This document shows positions 28,383 to 36,810 of a DNA stretch of 64,000 nucleotides, piece after piece (the stretch's first letter is position 1; every line of letters starts with the position of its first letter). The notes below the pieces were generated by a model. The model had not been told where the DNA came from. It searched no databases and was given only the letters and a program-made list of their open reading frames with translations. Source of the stretch: Vicinamibacteria bacterium (GTDB lineage: Bacteria; Acidobacteriota; Vicinamibacteria; Vicinamibacterales; JAENWD01); the NCBI GenBank assembly GCA_963763095.1, contig CAVXNR010000006.1, forward strand, positions 5,167-69,166, written 5' to 3'. Position numbers and translations under genes: made by a program.

Positions 28383-28438
28383 CAATTGAGATCGGGAGGT
28401 GTTTGTCGATTTCTGCAAACACCTCCCGATCTCAATTG
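28383..28438. repeat. Perfect 23-bp inverted repeat (56-nt hairpin)
   Basis: CAATTGAGATCGGGAGGTGTTTG (28383..28405), a 10-nt loop TCGATTTCTG, then CAAACACCTCCCGATCTCAATTG (28416..28438), with no mismatches. It ends 51 nt upstream of the cupin start. Confidence 0.9.
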
Positions 28439-28489
28439 CATCTGTGGGGACACACGGTTAGCGGCGTTCAACAAGGAGTGACGCACGAT

Positions 28490-28996
28490 ATGCGAAACGG
28501 CATCTGGACCATCAATCTTCTCGTGGCTCTTGCCCTTCCCGGGCAGTCAACGACCCCTCACGATCCGGCTGCGGCCGGTGGGGCGGCCGTGAAGCCGCAG
28601 CAGGCAGTGAGTGCGACCTACGGCGATCGGCAGTGGCAGTCGATCGTCCCTGAGCTCGGCGCCGATTCGCCGCAGATCTCGATTCTGCGGGTGGACCCGA
28701 AAACACAGGCCACCCAGCTGCTGATTCGAGTGCCGAAGCAGATGCACGTCCCGCTGCACTGGCACAGCGCAAACGAGACCCACACCGTGATACGAGGCAC
28801 GTGGGTCTTCGAGCACGAAGGGCAGCGGCACGAGCTCGGACCTGGCGGATTCAACTATTTACCGGCCCGGATGCCCCATCAGGCATGGGCGTCGGACGAC
28901 GCGCTGGTGTTCATCACCGTCGACGCCGGGTGGGACGTGAACTGGGTGAGCGGGCCGCCCACGAAGAGCGATCTCGGTCAGCGCCCGCCCACATAA
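28490..28996 (+). CDS. Secreted cupin-domain protein
   Basis: The start is taken at MRNGIWTINLLVALALPGQS (AAGGAG upstream). The cupin core reads HWHSANETHTVIRGTWVFEHEG...GGFNYLPARMPH. The track's start at 28370 runs through the palindrome. Confidence 0.8.
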   Translation: MRNGIWTINLLVALALPGQSTTPHDPAAAGGAAVKPQQAVSATYGDRQWQSIVPELGADSPQISILRVDPKTQATQLLIRVPKQMHVPLHWHSANETHTVIRGTWVFEHEGQRHELGPGGFNYLPARMPHQAWASDDALVFITVDAGWDVNWVSGPPTKSDLGQRPPT

Positions 28997-29378
28997 CGGG
29001 CCCGCTTCATGCGCGATGAGCTACGTGACCGGAGTCACGGTGACTTGGCGCGTCGCACTCGTGCGGGAGACCGCGGACGGTCCTACGCTGGCGGCGAGCG
29101 ATGGCGAGCTCGCCCGGGCGATCGCGCCAGCGCATGCCGGCGCGTTCGACCGGGCCGCCGGGCAGCGGTGAAGATCACCGTCCCGTAGCGATAGTCGCCT
29201 CGACCGCCCCTCCGGAATCCGGGTGAGACTCCGGGTGGACGGAGGCCTTCCCTCCTGGACCGAGCGCCAGCGGCGTCGGCAAAAACCGCGGAACTCCTTG
29301 AAAGGCCAACATCTCCGGCCTCGCGCGCCAGGCCGGGGAGCCCGGCACGGGCGGTGCTGTTTCACACGCGCCGCTCTG

Positions 29379-29804
29379 ATGGTCACACGACTGATCGTCG
29401 CCTGCTCCGTCATGGCGCTCTGCGTGATCATTCACGCCGCCGGCCTCGCCGTGGCGCTGCGCTGGCTGCGTCACCCGCCCGGCGGACATCGCGTCCTGTC
29501 CAACCTCCGGCTGTTCATTCGCGTGGCCGTGTGGATCGTGATCCTCCACCTGGTGGAGATCCTGGCCTGGGCAGGGCTCTACGTCTGGAACACCGCGCTG
29601 CCCGACATGGCGACGGCGGTGTACTTCAGCGCCGTGACCTACACGACCACCGGGTACGGCGATGTCGTCCTGCCGCCCGGCTGGCGGCTGGACGGTGGCG
29701 TCGAGGCGCTCACCGGCATCCTGATGTGCGGCTGGTCCACGGGATTCTTCGTCGCGGTCGTCAACCGCCTCTACCAGCAGCCGCGGGACGCCGCCCAGAG
29801 CTGA
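29379..29804 (+). CDS. Two-TM (KcsA-like) potassium channel
   Basis: It has the selectivity filter TYTTTGYGD flanked by two TM helices. The start is taken at MVTRLIVACSVMAL. The stop lies 2 nt before the next gene. Confidence 0.85.
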   Translation: MVTRLIVACSVMALCVIIHAAGLAVALRWLRHPPGGHRVLSNLRLFIRVAVWIVILHLVEILAWAGLYVWNTALPDMATAVYFSAVTYTTTGYGDVVLPPGWRLDGGVEALTGILMCGWSTGFFVAVVNRLYQQPRDAAQS

Positions 29805-29806
29805 CC

Positions 29807-30892
29807 ATGCTCAGACCGTCCATCAACTGGCTCTTCGCGTTCATTCCCGTCTCACTGGCGCTCGAGTACGCGCACGTGCCGGATCCGCTCCTGTTCTTCT
29901 CCGCGGCGCTGGCGATCGTCCCCATCGCCCGGCTGATCGTGATCTCGACCGAGCAGCTCGCGACGCGAACCGGCGACGCAGTCGGCGGCTTGCTCAACGC
30001 CACATTCGGCAACGCGCCAGAACTGATCATCGCGCTCGTCGCGCTGCGCGCCGGCTACTTCGACATGGTGCGCGCCTCGATCATCGGGTCGATCCTCGCG
30101 AACCTGCTGTTCGCCATGGGCCTCGGGTTCTTCCTCGGCGGCCTCAGGAATCACACGCAGGAATACAACTCCGGGGCGGCGCGCCTCTACAGTTCGATGA
30201 TGCTGATCTCGGCGGTCTGCCTCGGAGTGCCGAGCGCCTTCAACCGCTTCTTCTCGCCGGAAGGTACCATCCACGCCGAGAAGCTCGTGAACCTCGGGAC
30301 CGCGATCGTGCTCCTGCTCTCCTACGGGCTGTATCTCGTCTTCCTGCTGAAGACGCATCCCGACTACTTCCAGAGTGTGACGACGACGGAGGCGGAGCAC
30401 GGGCACCACGGGCCGCAGTGGAGCCTCGGCCGCGCCGTCGGCAGCCTGATCGGCGCGTCCGCCCTCGCCGCGTGGATGAGCGAGATCCTGGTGGGCGCGG
30501 CGGAGGGCACCGGCAAGTCGCTGGGCATGTCGGAGGCGTTCATCGGCATCGTCTTTCTTGCCTTGATCGGTGGTGCCGCGGAAAGCGGGTCCGCGATCGC
30601 GATGGCGCGGAAGAACAAGCTCGATCTCACGGTCGGCATCGCGATGGGGAGCAGCATTCAGATCGCGCTCTTCGTCGCGCCGGTGCTCGTGCTCGTCAGC
30701 GGCTTCATCGCCCCTCAGCCGCTGGAGCTCTCCTTCACGCGCGCGGAGCTCGGGACGCTCCTCCTCGGCGTGCTGGTGGGCGCCATCGTCGCCGGCGACG
30801 GCCGTTCGCACTGGTACAAGGGCGCCCAGCTGATGCTGATGTACGCGATGATCGCGATCCTGTTCTATTTCCTGCCTCAAGCCGCGCACTGA
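29807..30892 (+). CDS. Ca2+/H+ exchanger (CAX/ChaA family)
   Basis: A 361-aa ORF with both alpha-repeat signatures, GNAPELIIALVAL and GGAAESGSAIAMA, and about 11 TM segments. The ATG is at 29807. Confidence 0.9.
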   Translation: MLRPSINWLFAFIPVSLALEYAHVPDPLLFFSAALAIVPIARLIVISTEQLATRTGDAVGGLLNATFGNAPELIIALVALRAGYFDMVRASIIGSILANLLFAMGLGFFLGGLRNHTQEYNSGAARLYSSMMLISAVCLGVPSAFNRFFSPEGTIHAEKLVNLGTAIVLLLSYGLYLVFLLKTHPDYFQSVTTTEAEHGHHGPQWSLGRAVGSLIGASALAAWMSEILVGAAEGTGKSLGMSEAFIGIVFLALIGGAAESGSAIAMARKNKLDLTVGIAMGSSIQIALFVAPVLVLVSGFIAPQPLELSFTRAELGTLLLGVLVGAIVAGDGRSHWYKGAQLMLMYAMIAILFYFLPQAAH

Positions 30893-30929
30893 GGCGGGAC
30901 GCTGTTCAGCGTGCCGCACGTGGTCAACG

Positions 30930-31886
30930 CTATCGCGCAATGCTTGCGGGCGTGATGACGATGTTGCGGTAGTCCACCGGACCATGATCGCCCTGGAGCA
31001 GCAGCGGCCCGGGGTCAGCTTCGGCGCTGTCGAGCGCGCCGCCGGTAATTCCAGGAATCTCCCGGTTGCAGATGACGGTCGTGCCGTTCAGCTCGTACGT
31101 GAGCATCCGGCCCACGAGCGTGACATCCATCGACTGCCACTCGCCGGCGGCCCTGGCCACGTTCTCGCTCGGCGCAATGAAGCCGTAGAGTCCGCCGAGA
31201 TGATGTGAGGAGGGCTCGAGGCCGGCGGCGTCGTCGATCTGGAGCTCGTAGCGGCCGCGCAGGTACACGCCGCTGTTCGCGTCTTTGGGTACGCGGAACT
31301 CCAGGTGGAGCCTGAAGTCGTCGAATTTCTGAACCGTGACGAGATTGGCGCCGCTCTTCGCGTTCTGCAGGATGCCGCTGAGCACGCGCCACTGGCTGTC
31401 GCCGCGTCCAACCGGTTGCCACCGGTCGAGTGATGTGCCGTTGAAGAGCGTGATGGGTTCGCCCCAGACCGGTCGTCCGGCCCGCCGCAGCGACGGTGCC
31501 CGCGTGCCGGACAATGTCACCTTCTGCCCGTCACCCATCGTCATCGAACCCGTGATGCGATCGCCCTCGAGCCGTCCCTCGAAGGCGATATCGCGGGGAT
31601 TGGTTTCCCACTGTGGCGGGATGGCGAAGCGGAACGTGCCGTCGGTGAACTCGATCTTCGCGATCGGCCGCGCGCTACCGCCGGATCCCACGAATTGTCC
31701 GACCAGGGTGGCCGTGCCGGACCGTTCCACCTCGAGCCACGACGGCGCCGCCTGTGTGCCTCGCTGTACGACGAGATCCCATCGGCCCAGCAACGCGTCG
31801 GATGCGGCCCGCGACTGTGCGGGAGTTCCCGAGTACCCCGCGGCCGCAAGCATCAATGCGGCGCCGATTGCAACGCGAGCGATCAT
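30930..31886 (-). CDS. DUF1080 (3-keto-disaccharide hydrolase-like) domain protein, secreted
   Basis: The start is taken at MIARVAIGAALMLAAAG, with AGGAGG 5 nt upstream. The C-terminal half reads DDFRLHLEFRVPKDANSGVYLRGRYELQIDD...LLLQGDHGPVDYRNIVI. The track ORF extends to 32219. Confidence 0.85.
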   Translation of the reverse strand: MIARVAIGAALMLAAAGYSGTPAQSRAASDALLGRWDLVVQRGTQAAPSWLEVERSGTATLVGQFVGSGGSARPIAKIEFTDGTFRFAIPPQWETNPRDIAFEGRLEGDRITGSMTMGDGQKVTLSGTRAPSLRRAGRPVWGEPITLFNGTSLDRWQPVGRGDSQWRVLSGILQNAKSGANLVTVQKFDDFRLHLEFRVPKDANSGVYLRGRYELQIDDAAGLEPSSHHLGGLYGFIAPSENVARAAGEWQSMDVTLVGRMLTYELNGTTVICNREIPGITGGALDSAEADPGPLLLQGDHGPVDYRNIVITPASIAR

Positions 31887-32062
31887 AATGCCTCCTGGAA
31901 CCCACTTCAGCATACGTGGGCGCACCCTGGAATAAGCACGGCCCGACAACATCGAACCGAGGATAGCAGGTGCGCCCATCGCTGCATTCGATTGGCCCTC
32001 GGCGATGGGGAAATGCCTGCCAGTAAAACTGCGAAGAGCTCGTTCCCCATACTCAGGAGCCC

Positions 32063-32956
32063 GTGCCTTTGGACCAGCGAATCGCCTTCGTGACCTGTGA
32101 GCGGCTGCCGCATATCCATGGCGACGATCGACTTGTCGCCGATGCGCTGCAGCGTCGCGGATTCCAGGTGACGGCAGCCGTCTGGAACGACCCGGCTGTC
32201 GACTGGCGGCAGTTCGCATCCGTCGTGATTCGCGCGGCCTGGGACTATCACCTCGACGAAGACGGGTACGCCGCCTGGCTGCATCGGTGCGAGACGGAAC
32301 AGGTAAACCTATGGAACCCCGCAGCCGCGGTGCTCGCTAACATCGACAAGCGGTATCTCGCCGACTTCGCGGATGCGGGAGTCGCGATCGTTCCGATCGA
32401 ATACGTGGAGCGCGGCCGGAGACAGTCGCTGCGCACGCTGCTCGAGCGCCGCAACTGGACGCGAGCGGTCGTCAAGCCGGCGGTATCGGCGAGCGCTTGT
32501 GGCACCTGGCCGACGTCGCTCGCCTCGGCCGCATCCGACCAGAGGCACTGGGATGAAGAGGTGATGCGGCGGTCGCTGCTGGTGCAACCGTTCGTCGACG
32601 AGGTGGTCACGTCGGGAGAGTGGTCGGTCGTGTTTTTCGACGGCGAGTACAGTCACGCCGTGCTGAAGAAGCCGGCGGCCGGCGACTTTCGCGTGCAGGA
32701 GGAGCTGGGCGGCCTCGGCGAACCGCGGGATCCGTCGCCCGCAATCGTCGAGCAGGCGCGCCGTGTGCTGTCACATGCGGCCTCGCCGCTGCTCTATGCC
32801 CGCGTCGACGGGATCGAGCGTGATGCGGAGTTCGTCCTGATGGAGCTGGAGATCAACGAACCGTTCCTCTACATTGGCTCCTCGAGTGGGGCGGCGAAAC
32901 GCTTCGCGGACGCGATTGTTGGCACGACCGCCAGAACCCTGGGCAGTCCACCGTAA
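32063..32956 (+). CDS. ATP-grasp-like (RimK/glutathione-synthetase-type) protein
   Basis: A 297-aa ORF with a GTG start after AGGAG. The pattern is VVKPAVSASA...LLVQPFVDEV...GEWSVVFFDGEYSHAVLKKP...DFRVQEELGG...YARVDG...MELEINEP. Confidence 0.65.
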   Translation: MPLDQRIAFVTCERLPHIHGDDRLVADALQRRGFQVTAAVWNDPAVDWRQFASVVIRAAWDYHLDEDGYAAWLHRCETEQVNLWNPAAAVLANIDKRYLADFADAGVAIVPIEYVERGRRQSLRTLLERRNWTRAVVKPAVSASACGTWPTSLASAASDQRHWDEEVMRRSLLVQPFVDEVVTSGEWSVVFFDGEYSHAVLKKPAAGDFRVQEELGGLGEPRDPSPAIVEQARRVLSHAASPLLYARVDGIERDAEFVLMELEINEPFLYIGSSSGAAKRFADAIVGTTARTLGSPP

Positions 32957-33037
32957 AGCCCCCCCACGCCAGCGTTGATCCATCATCGGCGGGCCCGCGA
33001 TCCTTGCGCCGCGGCTGAGCCAGTGTGAGAATGCCCC

Positions 33038-34426
33038 GTGTTGCATCTCGGGTCCCCATCGGCAGTGGACGCAGACAGGAGTATCGAGGACCGGCGATGG
33101 CTCGCGCTCGGCGGCGTCCTGGGCGGGACCTGCCTCGGCGCGGCGCTGCAGCTCTCCAACGGCATCCTCGTTCCGTGGGCGCTCCCCCTCGTCGCCATCG
33201 CGTTCGCGCTCACAGCCATCTCGGCCGTGATGCCGCGACCCGCGCATCTCGCGCGAGTGGACGCGCGTCTCGTTCCGCTGCTGGCGCTGGCCGCACTCGC
33301 GATTCACCTGGGCTGTCTCTACACGTCGCCACCGGGTATCTACCTGCGGCTGAACAGACACGGTTTGATTCCGTTTCAGTCGGGCGTTGCAGTCCTTGCC
33401 ATCGTGGCCGCTTCCGCGGCCTGGTCCCGGCCGCGTTGGGCCAGGCCGCTGCAGATCGTCGCCCTTGTCGCCGCGCATGCCGCGCTCGGTGTGTGGATTC
33501 TCCATCGATCGCCGAACCCGGCCATCGACGTGCACCTGTTTCATCGCTACGCCATCGACGCGCTTCGCTCGGGCATCGATCCGTACACCATCACCTTTCC
33601 CGACATATACCAGAGCAAGGTCTACTATGCCTCTGGCCTGGCGGTCGACGGACGGCTGCAGTTCGGGTACCCCTATTTCCCGTTCAGTTTGCTGCTCTCG
33701 ATGCCGGGACAGATCCTTTTCAAGGACCCGCGCTTCGCGCAGCTGATCGCCATCGAGCTCGCCGCGCTGCTCATGACGTTCGCGCGCCCGCACGGCCTGG
33801 GACTGATGGCGGCAGCGCTCTACCTCACGACTCCGCGCATTTTCTTCGTGCTCGAGCAGTCGTGGACGGAGCCGTTTCTCGTGCTCGGCGTGTCGGCACT
33901 CGTATTCGCCGGCTGCCGCTGCAGCCGCCTGACGCCGTGGCTGTTCGGCGCCTTCGTCGCGTTGAAGCAGTATCTCGTCTTGGCGCTGCCGGCGGCGTGG
34001 CTGCTGGTCGAAGCGCCGCGCGACCGCCGGAGGCTGCTGACGTTCCTGACCAAGGCGACGATCGTCGGAGCGGTGCTGACGCTCCCGTTCGTCCTGTGGA
34101 ATCCCGCCGCGTTCTGGAGGAGTGTGGTCACGCTGCAGTTCCATCAGCCGTTCCGGCCAGACGCGCTCAGCGTGTTGTCGTGGTGGGCATCCCTCGGGCA
34201 TGAACGGCCGCCGGCGCTGATCTCGTTCGTCGTCGCCGCCGCGGCGTCGGTCCTCGCCCTGTGGCGCCTGCCGCGGACGCCAGCCGGATTCGCGACGGCC
34301 ATCGCCATGACGTTCTTCGGGTTCTTCGCCTTCAACAAACAGGCGTTCGCCAACTACTACTTCTTCGTAGTCGGCGCGCTCTACGCGACGGTCGCCGCGT
34401 GGCGCCCACCGGAGGCTGGCGAGTGA
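33038..34426 (+). CDS. Polytopic membrane protein, GT87/DUF2029-like glycosyltransferase candidate
   Basis: A 462-aa ORF with about 11 TM segments. An early loop reads HRSPNPAIDVHLFHRYAIDALRSGIDPYTITFPDIY. Its stop overlaps the next gene's start (GTGA). Confidence 0.6.
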   Translation: MLHLGSPSAVDADRSIEDRRWLALGGVLGGTCLGAALQLSNGILVPWALPLVAIAFALTAISAVMPRPAHLARVDARLVPLLALAALAIHLGCLYTSPPGIYLRLNRHGLIPFQSGVAVLAIVAASAAWSRPRWARPLQIVALVAAHAALGVWILHRSPNPAIDVHLFHRYAIDALRSGIDPYTITFPDIYQSKVYYASGLAVDGRLQFGYPYFPFSLLLSMPGQILFKDPRFAQLIAIELAALLMTFARPHGLGLMAAALYLTTPRIFFVLEQSWTEPFLVLGVSALVFAGCRCSRLTPWLFGAFVALKQYLVLALPAAWLLVEAPRDRRRLLTFLTKATIVGAVLTLPFVLWNPAAFWRSVVTLQFHQPFRPDALSVLSWWASLGHERPPALISFVVAAAASVLALWRLPRTPAGFATAIAMTFFGFFAFNKQAFANYYFFVVGALYATVAAWRPPEAGE

Positions 34427-35874
34427 GCCCGTCGGGCCGCGTGGCCCTGGCTGCGGCGTCGCCGTTGCCCCACGACCACAGGATCTGGATGGCGCTGGTG
34501 GCGCTGGTCATCGCTGGCCTGATTCCGCTGGTGTGGCCTGGTGACGTGCCCTTCATCAACGACGAGCCGCAGCTGATCGCGAGCGCCGTGAGGGCAAACC
34601 GCGAGGGACGGCTGGCGCCGGTCGGACTGCTCGGCACCTACGGGTTCAGCTATGGTCCGGCGCCGACGTGGGTGTATCAGGCGCTGACACCGGTCACGCG
34701 CGATCTGGTCGGGATCGCCGCCTTGCATATCCTGCTGATGTCGGCGGCCACTGCCGGCGGGATCTGGTGGCTGGGCCGATCGCTGCGCCTGTGGATCTGG
34801 TTCGCCCCGGTGCCACTCCTGTCGCCCTATTACTGGTTCTACGCCCGCGTCCTCTGGGACAACCCGTTTCTCCTTCCGCTCGGCGCGCTCGCGCTGGCCG
34901 GCTACGCGGCGTTTCTCGCCTCGGGTTCACCGACCGGCCTGCGTGTCTCGGTCGCGGCCATGCTCGGCGTTCCACTGGTGCACCTGATGGGCATCTCGCT
35001 GGTCGCTCCGCTGGCGGCTCACATGGTGATCTTTCGTCTGCGCGCGGTGTGGGCGCACCGATACAGCCTGGCGGCGATCGCCGCCGCCGCGTTGTGGCTG
35101 GCCTGGCCGTACTGGACGTCCCTCGCCGGGCCGCGGCCGGCCACACCGGGCGCCGGCCACTCCATCGCCGGCTGGCTCATGCCCTTGTCCGGTGGCAGGC
35201 TGCTCAGCGGCCGCGAATTGGACTACTTCTACGGTCCAGGGCCGGTGGGGGGCCGCCTGTTCGGCATCGCCGCCGCGATCTCATCGATCGCCTACGCCCT
35301 GGTGTGGTGCGGCATCGTGGTTGCCATCGCGCTGATGGTTCGGGCCTCGCGACATCGTGAGTGGACGGCGCGGACGCACGTTGCTGCGATCTCGGTCGGC
35401 TCGCTCCTGTGCCAGGCGGCCGTCCATGGCATCACGGCCAAGTTCGAACACCCTCATTACTACAATGGCACGTGGATCTCTGTGGTGCTGCTGGCCTGGT
35501 TCGCCGTTGATTTCCTGGCAACGGGGCCAAGGGGTGCGCGGTGGGCAGCGACGGCGGCGACCGCCGTTCTCGCCGCATCTCTCCTGCTTGCGGTTGGCAC
35601 GCTGGCCGTCCGCCTGCACCGCAGCCAGGGCACACGAGACACGTACGGACCGACTCTCGCCAACCAGCAACAGGTCGCCCGTGCGCTGGCGATGTACCCG
35701 CCGGACAGCAACGTTCAGGTGCACGTGACCATGTGGGAGCGGTTCCCTCACACGCTTGCGATCCTGCGTGAGTTGAACGCCCGGCCGCCGGTCACGCGTC
35801 GGCGGCGGACGATCGAACTGCGCCATGCGTCCCAGGACCCTGCTTCCGGCGCAATCGAGATGGTTGTGCGCTGA
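34423..35874 (+). CDS. Polytopic membrane protein, GT-C (ArnT/PMT-like) glycosyltransferase candidate
   Basis: The GTG at 34423 overlaps the upstream TGA. The sequence reads VSPSGRVALAAAS...LVWPGDVPFINDEPQLIASAV, followed by many TM helices. The track start at 34261 lies inside the previous gene. Confidence 0.55.
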   Translation: MSPSGRVALAAASPLPHDHRIWMALVALVIAGLIPLVWPGDVPFINDEPQLIASAVRANREGRLAPVGLLGTYGFSYGPAPTWVYQALTPVTRDLVGIAALHILLMSAATAGGIWWLGRSLRLWIWFAPVPLLSPYYWFYARVLWDNPFLLPLGALALAGYAAFLASGSPTGLRVSVAAMLGVPLVHLMGISLVAPLAAHMVIFRLRAVWAHRYSLAAIAAAALWLAWPYWTSLAGPRPATPGAGHSIAGWLMPLSGGRLLSGRELDYFYGPGPVGGRLFGIAAAISSIAYALVWCGIVVAIALMVRASRHREWTARTHVAAISVGSLLCQAAVHGITAKFEHPHYYNGTWISVVLLAWFAVDFLATGPRGARWAATAATAVLAASLLLAVGTLAVRLHRSQGTRDTYGPTLANQQQVARALAMYPPDSNVQVHVTMWERFPHTLAILRELNARPPVTRRRRTIELRHASQDPASGAIEMVVR

Positions 35875-36057
35875 CGCCTGCCAAGTTCGTCAGGCGGATG
35901 CGAAAACCGTAATCGGCGTAGGCCAACGGCTGGCCTCACTTGATCCGACTCCGGGGCACGAATACACGGGTCGATGTCACGCGACGCGAAGCTCTCGGCG
36001 CGGGAACAACGTTTGCCAGGCACAGCGCATCGTCACTCAGAACTGGAGGGCTTCGCC

Positions 36058-36411
36058 ATGCACGAACGCGCTGGTGTTGGATCGACCGTGGTGATCAAAG
36101 GTGAGCTGACGGCTCACGAGGACGTGGTCATCGCGGGACGGGTCGAGGGATTGATCGATGTCACCGGGTATCACGTCGTGGTGGAAGCGGGCGCCCACAT
36201 TGCCGGCGACATCACGGCTACCGGGATCGTCGTCGGCGGCACCGTCGAGGGCAGGTTGACGGCCGAGGAGCGAATCCAGGTTCATGCCGGAGCGGACCTC
36301 CAGGGTGATGTGTCGGCGCCGTGCATAGTCGTCGCGGATGGAGCGCTGGTGAACGGCCGCATCGAAACAGTGGTGGCGGGAGCCCCACGAAAGCTGAAGG
36401 CCGCATCCTGA
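36058..36411 (+). CDS. Bactofilin-family cytoskeletal protein
   Basis: It shows a repetitive beta-helix pattern (VVIKGELTAHEDVVIAGRVEGLIDVTGYHVVVEAGAHIAGDITATGIVVGGTVEGRL...). GGAGGG lies 8 nt upstream of the ATG. Confidence 0.88.
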   Translation: MHERAGVGSTVVIKGELTAHEDVVIAGRVEGLIDVTGYHVVVEAGAHIAGDITATGIVVGGTVEGRLTAEERIQVHAGADLQGDVSAPCIVVADGALVNGRIETVVAGAPRKLKAAS

Positions 36412-36502
36412 ACGGCGGCAAACCGCACGTTCGCCTGGCGCCGGTTTGCTGCTGGGCGCACGGCAAGCTCTTGACCATTCTCCGGACACACGAAACCTCT
36501 TG

Positions 36503-36810
36503 ATGAGAACGTGGCTCGTCACCGTCGTCGTTCTTGGTTTCTGCAGCGTCCCGCTGTGCGCGGACCTCAGGGTCACGCAGTCGAGAACTGTGGAAGGGTC
36601 CGCTGCGGTCCTGATGCCGGCCGCCGGGCTGCCGAAGGTCACGATGCGGATCAAAGGGATGAAGGCCCGCACGGATGTCGAGACCTATGGCCACACGGTC
36701 ACTGCCAGCACCGACGTCGAGACACAACAGGTGATGATGCTGACGACCGGCTCGAACATCGCGCGGGTGATCACCCCGGAGTCGGTGGCGGCCGGCGGGC
36801 CTGACCGTTA
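36503..36810 (+). CDS. Hypothetical secreted protein; 3' end uncertain
   Basis: It has a signal peptide (MRTWLVTVVVLGFCSVPLCADL). The listed ORF continues to 37021 and would overlap the convergent propeller gene by ~210 nt. That suggests either a frame break or a truncated gene. Confidence 0.4.

Noticed and set aside
28370-28489. An N-terminal extension of the cupin ORF, as listed in the track (start 28370).
   Set aside because: The extension is simply the translation of the 23-bp palindrome and its flank. A signal-peptide-bearing start with AAGGAG exists at 28490.
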